NCBI GenBank assembly: GCA_015680685.1
Contig: MNCI01002247.1
Span: 162,330-226,329, forward strand
Direction of reading: 5' to 3'
DNA from: Gnetum montanum
Lineage: Eukaryota > Plantae > Gnetophyta
DNA: 64,000 nt
Position 1 is the first letter of the stretch. Every line of letters begins with the position of its first letter. Positions 52,935 through 64,000 of this stretch are shown here, one piece after another. Position numbers and translations under genes: made by a program. Under the pieces are notes generated by a model. It ran no database searches, was not told the origin of the DNA, and worked only from the letters and a program-made list of their open reading frames with translations.

Positions 52935-53511
52935 CAGCCATGTTACGTGTCTCCTCTATCCCCACTGTCACCCGTGTCCCATAGCTCAATCTCCACCCCG
53001 AGCAAATCGTCGTCATAAGGGCCATCTTTTTTAGGTAGCATTTCTTCATGAAGGTGGCCTTCCTTATTAGGCTCTTTTGTAAGAAGTTTTTTTCCATGGT
53101 GTTAATTACCACCATTAAGCTCTATCCCTTGTAAGCTCCCTTCATGAGGACCGTCATCCATGTTACGCTCACCTCATTGAGGAACCTCCTCAGGTCATTC
53201 CTGTAATCATACATAACACGTATACTGACATCACAATCAAAACTAGGCATGACAAAAGGCATAATGAAACAAACACTCACCTGTGATGGTCTGGCATTAG
53301 TCACAAATAGAATTTGTTCAAAGCCAATCCACAGACGTTGCATAATCTCGTCCTCGATAAGCTCAGACCAAACCCTGTCTCCTAGATTAGTTTCAGCCTT
53401 CATCTTCCCTTTTTCCATAGGAGTGTAGTGAGGTGGTCCAGGGAAGAAGGAACAGATGGTTGTCTCTCCTCCAGGAAGAGTCATTTCCCTTTCTAGAGAG
53501 GCGCTCACCAT
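52935..53511 (-). pseudogene. 3' exons of the antisense gene, copy F
   Basis: LPGGETTICSFFPGPPHYTPMEKGK...LGDRVWSELIEDEIMQRLWIGFEQI...ARPSQ|GTGAGT matches A, B and C. Confidence 0.8.
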
Positions 53512-54718
53512 TGAAACACCACAAAATTTTGAGCTTGGTACTTCCCCAGCAAGAAGCAGGTCCCTGGGACCCACGAACGGCCACGGCTACATTTGGTGTC
53601 GCACAGTGCAACTTTGGGAATCAAGAGGCTTAATTTTCACTAAGTGTGTAGTACCAGCGTATACGCCCAGCATCAATAGCGTATACGCTCAGCGTATACG
53701 CCCAGCATCAACAGCGTATACACCCGACATCCCCAGCGTATACGCCCAGCATAGATATCCAACTTACACGCCCGATGTACATGCCTCACCTGTACGCTCG
53801 GCACCACAGATGCACATGCCCGACGATGGAGTCTCAATGACAGAATGAAGATAGCACCAAAGAGCAAGAATTGAAGCAAGTCGGCAACCATCAGCATACA
53901 CGCCCGGCATATATGCCAAGTCATTGTCGGTTTGTACGCTCAGCATGTACGCCCAGCATCCATAGCATCTCCACCCAAGTTCACACATGCCCAGCACGTC
54001 CAGCGTATACACCCAGCACGTCCAGTGTGTACGCTGGCCTGATGTAGCGTATACGCCCAGTAGATGAAATATGTTGTATATTTGTAAATTGTATGCACCC
54101 GGTCAATGCGCCACGTGTCTCCTAACCCGAGTCTAGCGTAACAACCAGTATAAAAATCCCACTTTTCCACTTCACCTAGGACGGTTGGCAAAAATTCCAG
54201 AGCATACCAGAGACATTTGCACTGCGCACCAGAGCTAAAACCCTCTTATGCTGGAAAACCTGTACGCCATGCACACAGTCTCTACGCCATGCCTACAACG
54301 TATACCAACCCAGCTGTCCCTGCATTCACCAGGGCTTTTCGTCCGCCTTGTGTTCATCACAACTGTGTTAGACCGGTGCACTATACTTTAACTCTGTAAT
54401 ACCATTGTTTACAGTTTACACTAATTTCTTGCATGTTTTCTATTTACGCTCATTTACGTTTACGCCCTAGTCATATCTGCTACGCCGTTTACGCTCTCGT
54501 TTACACCCGTTTACGTTGTTTACGCATAACCCAGCGTATAGCACTTTGGCATACGTGCGGGTAAATCCTTGTCTGATCCGCATGCAGACCACCCAAGGTA
54601 CTCTGCCTTCGTGCACTCCAGCTCACCCTCAGGCGAAGGCAGGGTCTTCTGTGCACGTCCTGTGATCCCATGGTCTCTGTTTCCTTCCAGCCGGTGACCG
54701 ACGATTTCAGGTGGTACA
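53512..54718 (+). repeat. 5' LTR of copy G
   Basis: TGAAACACCACAAAATTTTG...gtggtaCA; TATAAAA near 54149; AGCGTATACGC palindromes. Confidence 0.88.
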
Positions 54719-54723
54719 GAAAT

Positions 54724-54740
54724 TGGCGCTAGAAGGAGGG
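54724..54740 (+). promoter_or_regulatory. PBS (tRNA-Asn), copy G
   Basis: TGGCGCTAGAAGGAGGG, exact complement of the plant tRNA-Asn(GUU) 3' end including CCA. Confidence 0.92.
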
Positions 54741-54929
54741 CCTCCCAAAAATATCGCTCACAAACTTCTCAGCGTCTATGCTCATCAGCGTTTTCACTGC
54801 CCTGCTTCAAACTCTACAAGTCTTTCAGCATATACGCTACCAACTTCATGTGAACTGTCCACAGAAACCCCAGCGTCTATGCAACAAAGCCTAAAAACTC
54901 ATCCCGTGAACTGTCTAGCGTCTACGCTG

Positions 54930-55460
54930 TTTAGTATTTATGCTGTCCTTTGTTCTACGCTGAGCATTCTTTACGCCACACTCTGTTTTACGCTGTGCCT
55001 GTTTTATGCTGCACTCTGTTTTACGCTGTGCCTGTTTTACATTGAACTCTGTTTTACGCTGCACTCTATTTTATGTTGTGCCTGTTTTACGCTGCACTCT
55101 ATTTTACACTATGCATGTTTTACATTGAACTTTGTTTTACGCTGCACTCTGTTTTACGCTGTGCCTATTTTACGCTGAACTCTGTTTTACGCTACACTCT
55201 GTTTTACGTTGTGCCTGTTTTACGCTGCCTTGTTTTACGTTGAGCCTTGTCTACGCTGCCTTGTTTCACGTCGCACTTTGTTTACGCTGTAATCTGTTTT
55301 ACGCTCTATCTTGTTCATGCTGTACTCTGTTTACGTTGTACTTTGTTTTACGCCGAAACCGTATACGCTGCCTAGCGTATACGCTGCACCCCTTACGCTG
55401 TACACGTTGTCTACGTTGACGCTATACGCTGAACGTTGAAGCGTATACGCTGCACTGTGT
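54930..55460 (+). repeat. 16-17 bp tandem repeat (CTGTTTTACGCTGCACT / CTGTTTTACGCTGTGC) in the leader of copy G
   Basis: More than 20 visible units. Confidence 0.92.
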
Positions 55461-55532
55461 CCCTTAGTTTACACTGTACCAAGTACACTAATTTTGCTCC
55501 TCTACCCCATGTCATACCCTTAACGATTCATC

Positions 55533-58500
55533 ATGAACCCCGTGAACACCACCGCTGCAACAGCTCAAGTAACCGATGTCATGGGCACCATGGCTATCCA
55601 ACAACCTGTCGCGCAACACCCAGGGGTACAACCCACTGTGGGGCCCCGCTGAACCCTAAGGTTGCAAGGGAGAGACCTGGCCTCTAATATTATAACTCAG
55701 GATCAGTATAATTTCATATGCATTAAGATACAAGCTGTCCTGGCTGTAGACCGAGCAGAACTAGAGGTAAAGAGGTAGTTCGAACTCTTTTACAGAGGGG
55801 GACACGAGTTCATCCCCTCACCGTATGATGTCATCCCTGTTCTGGAGCAGTATTCGGAGCTCATCACATAGCTCCTCCTACAAAGGAGACACTCCTTGGA
55901 TCAACCTGCACTAGAGCCTCAACTAGAGGAAGATGACGAATTTGCCGCTCAATCTAAACAAGGGAATTCTTACAACACTCTGAGCTCGCAAGCATATGTT
56001 AACCCCATTTTTCATCCCAGTACAGGGGAGATCATGCCCCTCCAACCCCTCAGACTAACTCACACACAAATGCCTCCATCGCACACATCCTCGTTTGCTC
56101 ATGTGCCACCTCCAGCTGATTCGCAATTCAGCACGCTTCCTCTCGCCATCATCCCCGATGCAACAGCCGGCCCATCTTCACAAGCACTGCCCCCTCACGA
56201 TAGCGTGGGAGTGACACTCCCACCCCGAGTGATAGGAATGCCACATGTGACACTGGCATCCACATCTGCTCACTACATCCTGCACATTCAAACATAGATA
56301 GCCCCTTCTACCGCCGTAACCCAACAGGGGGTCCCTCCACAAAACGTAGCTGCACAACGGGTAACAATGGGTGCTCAACCACAGCAACATCAACTTCCTC
56401 ACCATAACATCTCACCCCATATGGTGCAACTAGCCAACGTTCCCCCAGTACAGCTGCCACCACAGCAACCACAACCTTTCCCCTATCATGTGCCACAAGT
56501 GCAACCCCCGACCGCACAACTTTCGGCCTTTCAACCCACCGTCCAATAGTCTAACTTGTATAATATAACACAACCTCAAGCTGTCATGTTATCGAGTGCC
56601 CAAGATTGGGCAGATGCCAAGAAACTGATGCAAGAATTAGCTGATGAGGTAAAATGCCTCAAAACAGCCGCCGATGGGGAGCTGAAGGTAGTGGACTTCT
56701 ACCAAGATGACCCCATCAGCTCATCTGTCCCACCCTTAACCTTGCCCAAAGGTGTTTCCTTACCAACACTAACCAAATACAATGGGGAGACAGACCCCAA
56801 TGCACACTTGATAACATTTAGGCTAGAATGCACGCTGCTCTAGGCATGGCCCCATTCCATTCTCTGAGTGTTCCCCATGTCCCTCGTAGGGAGGGAACTT
56901 GATTGGTATCAGGCCCTGCTAAGGAATTCCATCTTATTCTTGGAAGACTTATTACACCAGTTCGTGACTTGGTTCAAGTACAACTTGAAACCCGAGGCCA
57001 CCTTGGACAGCCTCATACAGGTCAAGCAAGCACCGCTTGAACTTGTGCAGAAATTTATTCAGAGGTGGAGCGCCACCCTCAACGAGTTGCACGAGCTGAT
57101 ACCCCAAACATACTTGCTCACAATTTTCAAGGGAGCTATTAACAATTTCTTTAAATCCAAGTTGTATTACCTTAATGCACATGATCTTAACCAAGCATTT
57201 GTACAAATTAAAAACATAGAAGAAGCGGCCCAAAACAGCCATGACCCTGCATACCTAGCCTTTAAGAATCAACACACCAAAAAAGAGAAAGAGAAGGCTA
57301 AGGCAACTATAGTGATGATAGTAGGGGCACAACAACAAAACAAATCACCCGCAACCCCTACTAACTATAATAAACCAATTCCCATAGCTGTGCCAGAGTC
57401 ATCATCATCGCAAAACCCAACAACAAACCGTACGCGGAACTTCGAGAGGAAAGAACCCTCGCAATACACGCCTCTGCCAATGAAGCCTTCCCAGCTCTTC
57501 GATCAACTCCTGAAGGCTGGGCTGATGAAACATAAACAGCTGTCCCCCGTGGCCATCCAGAGACATGATCGGTTTTGCCAACTTGTTCAGAACCCAAGTT
57601 TAGCAATGCTGGATGAGCCTCCCGTACCCAAAGGCTTCAGAATGGATCGCTTTTGTGGCTACCATCAATGAAACGAACACGGTACGGATTACTGTTTCAC
57701 CTTGAAACAGGATATTCAGCAGATGATCGATGAAGGCCAAATCACTTTTGACGAGGCCAACCCGGTCCAACCGCAGAATCAAGCTATGGGGGTGTGCAAA
57801 GACCCCCTGAACACCAAAGAGGCGCCATACATCATTAATACAATCTACCTTGATGATGATTCTGAAGCACCTAACATTAACACTGTCTATCCCCAATATA
57901 AACAGGAAACACCTAATAGGTCGTTTGTAGTTCAGATTCCCCCCGCTGTGTCCATGCCCACGCCTAACACCATGACACAGGACAAATCGTAAGTAGTGTG
58001 TGTCCCTCCCGTCATCCCCTCGAATGCATCAACCCCTCATACTTGGCCTACCCCTTTCGTAGTCTGGGTACCACCCGCAGTCGCAACAGTGGAGGTCCAA
58101 CCTCCACCAAAATCAACTCCGTATGTCGTTAGGATACCCAAAACTCCTAATGATTACCAAACCTCCATCTCACAAGCGCCAGGCCAACCCAGCCCCTACG
58201 TCATTAGGGACCCTGGCCAGCCTTCTAACCAGTCACATCCTATGGCACAACTTCAACCCCACCCAGCTCCGTATGTGGTGCGAATCCTAGGGTAGCCCGA
58301 GGCTCCAAGACCAGCCCTACCTCCACGCCACACACGAGAACGCCTAGCAGATAGGCTTACACGTGAACGTGTGGAGAAGGAACGCCAACGGTTAGCTCTG
58401 GGGCCACCTAAGCCCATTCCACTCAACTTTGTGTCCATGTCGTCACCTAACAACCAATCAGATGCAAGTAATGAAGGCAAATCATCTGAAAAATATGAAC

Positions 58501-59633
58501 CTCTTAAAATGACATCTTCGAACAAAAATGACAAACCAACAAAACATGAAATAAAACTGTTGGGCCCAATGGACCCAGTTATCATTGATAAAAACGCTCC
58601 AAACACTAAAGATTTAGCAACGGCCTTGACGCAAGTCACCCAAGCATTGAAGAAAAAGAACACTTCGTTGAGCTTGTATGACTTGGTGCTAACATCCCAA
58701 ACACATCGAGAAGCTCTAGTACGCATGTTAACGTCAATCCCGGTAAGCGAGGACTTGCCCCCGAACGAGCCTGCCATCCATGCAGTAATGTACTCGTCTC
58801 ACGGGACCACTCCTAAACCCTTGAGCTTCCATGATAACAACATTAAGGTGGACAACAAAATAGGGGAAATAACTACAGCCCCCATGTTCATAACGATACA
58901 TATCAACTAGTTCAAGATACATAGGGTCCACGTAGACGATGGAGCCGCAAAAAATGTTGTACCATATCCCATTGTTGAACAATTAGGGCTTACTGAATTA
59001 ATTAAACCAACCATGACTACATGTTTAAAGTCGTTTAGCAGGTCACACATAATGGTAAAAGGCACAATAACTTTAGATTTCATAGCGGAAGACCAGTTCC
59101 CTACATCTGCCGAATTCCTAGTAGTCGATGAGATGCCAGGGTTCAACCTGATATTAGGAAGACCCTGGTTGGCTCAACTGAGAGCTGTCTCCTCCCCTGT
59201 ACACCAGGAGATCCATCTACCTTATGAAGGCAGTGAAATCATCATACACAGGGAAGCCTCTACGCCTATTATCTCATCACACGTGGACATGGACCAAGGA
59301 TCAAAAGTCAAACTTGAAGAGCCTAAACGAAACGATAAAAATGCGCACCCATCGGTAAGCAATAAGCCTTCAAACATAGAACAAAATCCTCCTAAAATAG
59401 AAATACCCACATCTGACGTTGTACATACAACGTCTCAAATGGAAAATAACACAGAACCCCCACCAACTATCGAAACATCTAAAAACACTGACATGGAAGC
59501 CATTCCATCAGACGTCCCTTGGGCTGAATTACCGTTTAACGTAATTAGTGAAGGGGACGCTGAATATAGAATCATCCCGGTTGACATATCGCCTAACCTT
59601 AAAAAGAAGAAAATCAAAAAACTATTACAATAA
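55533..59633 (+). pseudogene. gag: gag-protease of copy G, one reading frame of ~1366 codons broken only by nonsense codons
   Basis: ORFs at 55896, 56367, 56556, 56868, 57702, 57996, 58371 and 59013 are all in frame with ATG 55533; FCGYHQxNEHGTDYC knuckle; VHVDDGAAKNVV protease; terminal TAA at 59633. Confidence 0.93.
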
Positions 59634-59645
59634 TATCGACACTCT

Positions 59646-59817
59646 TAGTCCAAAATGACGTTAAACTATGACATGTCCGAAATGACGTTAAACTATCACG
59701 TCCGCAAAGACGCAAAACTAGCCACGATCAGCAATGATCGATCAACAAAAAAAATCCGCCCGTGTCATCCGAAATATTCCTCGTTTACGACTGGGGCCCA
59801 AAATGGCCTTAAACTAG
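59646..59817 (+). repeat. Stem-loop motif array after gag-PR, copy G
   Basis: gtccaaaatgacgttaaacta, tgtccgaaatgacgttaaacta, cgtccgcaaagacgcaaaactag, ggccccaaaatggccttaaactag. Confidence 0.85.
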
Positions 59818-60185
59818 TTCATGCGCACATACTTGATTCTCCTTTTTGTTCAGCATTTACAATCACATCTCTGCTTTACACTTAAAACAAAACACAAAAA
59901 ATAAGCCAGAACATTTTTCATTGCTGCGTCGTGTTTACAATTAAAGTCAAAATCAACAAAAAATTTTCTTACATGAAATGTTGTACAATTACGAGTGTCA
60001 ACTGTTTTCATCCATCTCAAAATTTTCAAGTTACAATTCCCGTATAAGTCAGAGTCAAAAAAAAAGCAACAAAAACTTAAAAACTAAAAAAAAAGCCTAA
60101 GCATCTGGGGTGGGAGGATCGTCCCCTTTGGATCCATCAACATCAGCAAGATTGGCAAAGATGATTCGACCTCCTTGAAGTGAGT

Positions 60186-60529
60186 TTATTTCTCCTCTTC
60201 ATGATCATGGACCCTTGTTGAGTTGAGATTTTGGTCCTGTTGAGAACCTTCAACATTCTCCCATTTGGCTATTTCTCCTTCTTCTTTTGCTATCCACTTA
60301 ATAAGCTCTTGGAGTTGATGGGTTTGTAGCTCATATAGTTGACCTTGGGCATACATCCCTAGGGTCTCCCTTGTTTCATTATGGATCCCATCTATGATAT
60401 GGTACATTAGCCTTTCCTCAGAGAACCCATGGCCTGGGTAGTTGTTTAACAGTGCATAATATCTTTCTAAGGCCATGTCCAAGGGTTCATGTTGCACTTG
60501 TTTCCATTCTTGGATTTTCCTCCTCAAGG
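60186..60529 (-). pseudogene. Athila-like retrotransposon gag fragment (different family)
   Basis: LRRKIQEWKQVQHEPLDMALERYYALLNNYPGHGF...HIIDGIHNETRETL resembles the Athila gag pattern F.Q...E.L..AWERF..LL..CPHHG......FY.GL. Confidence 0.65.
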
Positions 60530-61394
60530 NNNNNNNNNNNNNNNNNNNNNNNNNNNNNNNNNNNNNNNNNNNNNNNNNNNNNNNNNNNNNNNNNNNNNNN
60601 NNNNNNNNNNNNNNNNNNNNNNNNNNNNNNNNNNNNNNNNNNNNNNNNNNNNNNNNNNNNNNNNNNNNNNNNNNNNNNNNNNNNNNNNNNNNNNNNNNNN
60701 NNNNNNNNNNNNNNNNNNNNNNNNNNNNNNNNNNNNNNNNNNNNNNNNNNNNNNNNNNNNNNNNNNNNNNNNNNNNNNNNNNNNNNNNNNNNNNNNNNNN
60801 NNNNNNNNNNNNNNNNNNNNNNNNNNNNNNNNNNNNNNNNNNNNNNNNNNNNNNNNNNNNNNNNNNNNNNNNNNNNNNNNNNNNNNNNNNNNNNNNNNNN
60901 NNNNNNNNNNNNNNNNNNNNNNNNNNNNNNNNNNNNNNNNNNNNNNNNNNNNNNNNNNNNNNNNNNNNNNNNNNNNNNNNNNNNNNNNNNNNNNNNNNNN
61001 NNNNNNNNNNNNNNNNNNNNNNNNNNNNNNNNNNNNNNNNNNNNNNNNNNNNNNNNNNNNNNNNNNNNNNNNNNNNNNNNNNNNNNNNNNNNNNNNNNNN
61101 NNNNNNNNNNNNNNNNNNNNNNNNNNNNNNNNNNNNNNNNNNNNNNNNNNNNNNNNNNNNNNNNNNNNNNNNNNNNNNNNNNNNNNNNNNNNNNNNNNNN
61201 NNNNNNNNNNNNNNNNNNNNNNNNNNNNNNNNNNNNNNNNNNNNNNNNNNNNNNNNNNNNNNNNNNNNNNNNNNNNNNNNNNNNNNNNNNNNNNNNNNNN
61301 NNNNNNNNNNNNNNNNNNNNNNNNNNNNNNNNNNNNNNNNNNNNNNNNNNNNNNNNNNNNNNNNNNNNNNNNNNNNNNNNNNNNNNNNNNNNNN
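60530..61394. other. Assembly gap (N run)
   Basis: N bases. Confidence 1.
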
Positions 61395-62898
61395 AACAAC
61401 AGGAATAGTAAATGATGATAAAGAAATATTAACTAAGAAAACAATAAATAACAATAACAATTAACAATAATAATTAAACAATTAAAACTAAGCGAATGCT
61501 GCAATGATGAAATAATCTCAATCATTATTTCTGGTCATGTGCGCGTCCAAGTACGTCACACTTGAATAAAGGTGTCATACAATTACAAGCATCACATTGC
61601 GGGCATGCACTTGGGAAAATAATCTAACTCTTATGAAAAAAAATGCAAGAGCTTCACTACAACTAACTCAAAGCTTGCTTAAATGAGGCAGAAGGCCCTC
61701 TTATTTATAGGCCGGAATAGGCGGTTGCGTAAATGGGGCCATGTCAACGCAGGAAGGTTGCGTCGACGGGGCCGCGTCAACGCGGCCACGTATACGGGGC
61801 CCCATATACGTGGCCTAGTCTACGCATCGACTATATAGTGCTTCATCACATGATGTCCTAGATAATTAAGTGTGAGATTGTTGATCGTTGTCTTCCCAAT
61901 CACAGCTTGTGTTGGTTCAAGTGGTATGGTTAAGTGTGATTAAGGTGTAAGATGGTTTCGTTATTATTAAACTATTAAAAAGATAAGGTAGTAAAATATT
62001 AAACTAATTAACTAAGAACAAAAAAAAGGTCTAAACTAGCCTAAGCATTGAGCATATGTTCACACTTTTTATGTACATCTTGAACTTATATTAACATCAT
62101 TGGGTTATTAAGTGTTTACTACTAGGCGTACTAAGTACCCATCACTAGGATTCCTAAACATTAATATATTATGCTGGAAGTGGTTGTACTCAAGTGCTAT
62201 TACCAAATGAAATATTTAATTACGAAGTGTAAGAAAGTAAAATGCATTAAGAATAAAATGCTGAAAAGTAAACTAATGTTAAACCATGTCATCCAATCTT
62301 GATTTTATTACCATTATGCATAAGTGTCTAGGTACATGATGCACTCGAATGGAATTCTATACAACCAACTCAATTGAGGTTGCTGACACTTAGTGGAGAA
62401 AAATTCTAACTTTTACAGAGAAGAACTATAATAGTTCAACTATGCTATTGATAAAACATGTCATAAATGCGGTGGTATGTGCATTTATATAGGCAAAGCT
62501 TTAGACTTTGCCAACACATTAAGGGATGTATTGTGCTTATGCATCAACCAAGCTATGTTGATATATGCCCGTCAACACAATCGAATAATTCACTTTTCAT
62601 CAACAAAAATTTGTAACTAAGAGGTTGCTAGTTCAATTCACACTTGAGGCGTTGTTAGTTCTTAATAAGCTATCGTAAAGTATAATACTAGGCACTTGTC
62701 TTGGGCATACTTATAGTCAAACTATTTTTCCATAGATCTTACTACTCCATGTGTGATGAGTGGCGAGGTACCCCTACACTCCACCATACGAATACGAGCG
62801 TACACGCGCGATCCGGTCGAACTCCGCAGACTAAATGCCTTAACGCCACAAGAAACACTTGGGGTTAATCGTTCGTTGTCTTCCCAGGCTTGCTTGTA

Positions 62899-63759
62899 NN
62901 NNNNNNNNNNNNNNNNNNNNNNNNNNNNNNNNNNNNNNNNNNNNNNNNNNNNNNNNNNNNNNNNNNNNNNNNNNNNNNNNNNNNNNNNNNNNNNNNNNNN
63001 NNNNNNNNNNNNNNNNNNNNNNNNNNNNNNNNNNNNNNNNNNNNNNNNNNNNNNNNNNNNNNNNNNNNNNNNNNNNNNNNNNNNNNNNNNNNNNNNNNNN
63101 NNNNNNNNNNNNNNNNNNNNNNNNNNNNNNNNNNNNNNNNNNNNNNNNNNNNNNNNNNNNNNNNNNNNNNNNNNNNNNNNNNNNNNNNNNNNNNNNNNNN
63201 NNNNNNNNNNNNNNNNNNNNNNNNNNNNNNNNNNNNNNNNNNNNNNNNNNNNNNNNNNNNNNNNNNNNNNNNNNNNNNNNNNNNNNNNNNNNNNNNNNNN
63301 NNNNNNNNNNNNNNNNNNNNNNNNNNNNNNNNNNNNNNNNNNNNNNNNNNNNNNNNNNNNNNNNNNNNNNNNNNNNNNNNNNNNNNNNNNNNNNNNNNNN
63401 NNNNNNNNNNNNNNNNNNNNNNNNNNNNNNNNNNNNNNNNNNNNNNNNNNNNNNNNNNNNNNNNNNNNNNNNNNNNNNNNNNNNNNNNNNNNNNNNNNNN
63501 NNNNNNNNNNNNNNNNNNNNNNNNNNNNNNNNNNNNNNNNNNNNNNNNNNNNNNNNNNNNNNNNNNNNNNNNNNNNNNNNNNNNNNNNNNNNNNNNNNNN
63601 NNNNNNNNNNNNNNNNNNNNNNNNNNNNNNNNNNNNNNNNNNNNNNNNNNNNNNNNNNNNNNNNNNNNNNNNNNNNNNNNNNNNNNNNNNNNNNNNNNNN
63701 NNNNNNNNNNNNNNNNNNNNNNNNNNNNNNNNNNNNNNNNNNNNNNNNNNNNNNNNNNN
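62899..63759. other. Assembly gap (N run)
   Basis: N bases. Confidence 1.
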
Positions 63760-64000
63760 ATCATATATTAGCAAGGGTAATTGAATCATTAAGTAAAGCA
63801 TACCTTGCTTCAGTTTAGGTTCACTGGCTAAGGTGTGGTATGGCTGATACGGATCTGGGAAAATGTAGATGATGACTACCGAAGGTATAGGGGTTAGGAA
63901 GAAAAACGAAAAAATCCGGCGCTTAGGATAAAAAATCGAAAAATCAGGCCCCGACACCCCCATGACTAAGCGCGAACCTCCGGTAGCGTTAGAATGGAGA

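Larger units (their letters stand above)
50669..53511 (+). mobile_element. Copy F, internally deleted (gag core and protease lost), cut off by copy G
   Basis: LTR 50669-52077, PBS tagcactagaaggaggg 52084-52100, gag N-terminus 52334-52640 joined directly to motif-array remnants (52657-52740) and antisense-gene 3' exons. Confidence 0.8.
53512..60180 (+). mobile_element. Copy G, a more divergent subfamily and the least decayed copy
   Basis: LTR 53512-54718, perfect PBS, frameshift-free gag-PR, motif array; right boundary approximate. Confidence 0.88.

Noticed and set aside
54711-55419. Cys/Phe/Leu-rich ORFs (CFTLCLFYAAL repeats)
   Set aside because: Translation of the 16-17 bp tandem repeat; no coding evidence.
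60452-63963. Long ORFs of 290-424 aa in the ORF track
   Set aside because: Artefacts of translating N runs.

Overview
This is a plant nuclear, transposon-saturated window with no recognisable host gene. Bases 1 to ~60180 are a cluster of seven degenerate copies (A-G here) of one Ty3/gypsy LTR-retrotransposon lineage of the Tat type. Shared marks are an extra archaeal-type RNase H between RH and integrase, a tRNA-Asn PBS (TGGCGCTAGAAGGAGGG), and LTRs that start TGAAACACC and end ...(T)ACA. Copy C (26081-42388, minus) is inserted, with a 5-bp TSD, into the 5' LTR of copy D. B, D, E, F and G each appear to be cut off by the next copy. The family architecture is unusual. Gag-protease ends in a stop codon and is separated from RT-RH-aRH-INT by ~6 kb. 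That interval holds an antisense multi-exon gene with its own TATA promoter and conserved GT-AG introns, encoding an FCP1/SCP (NIF, HAD-fold) phosphatase-like domain, a plant-mobile-domain-like region and an acidic/coiled-coil tail. Pol is preceded by a conserved splice acceptor and its own ATG. Arrays of a covarying 4-bp-stem/6-nt-loop + AAACT motif flank the antisense gene and follow pol. The window ends with an Athila-like gag fragment and two assembly gaps. Domain assignments are by eye from motifs and need profile searches.
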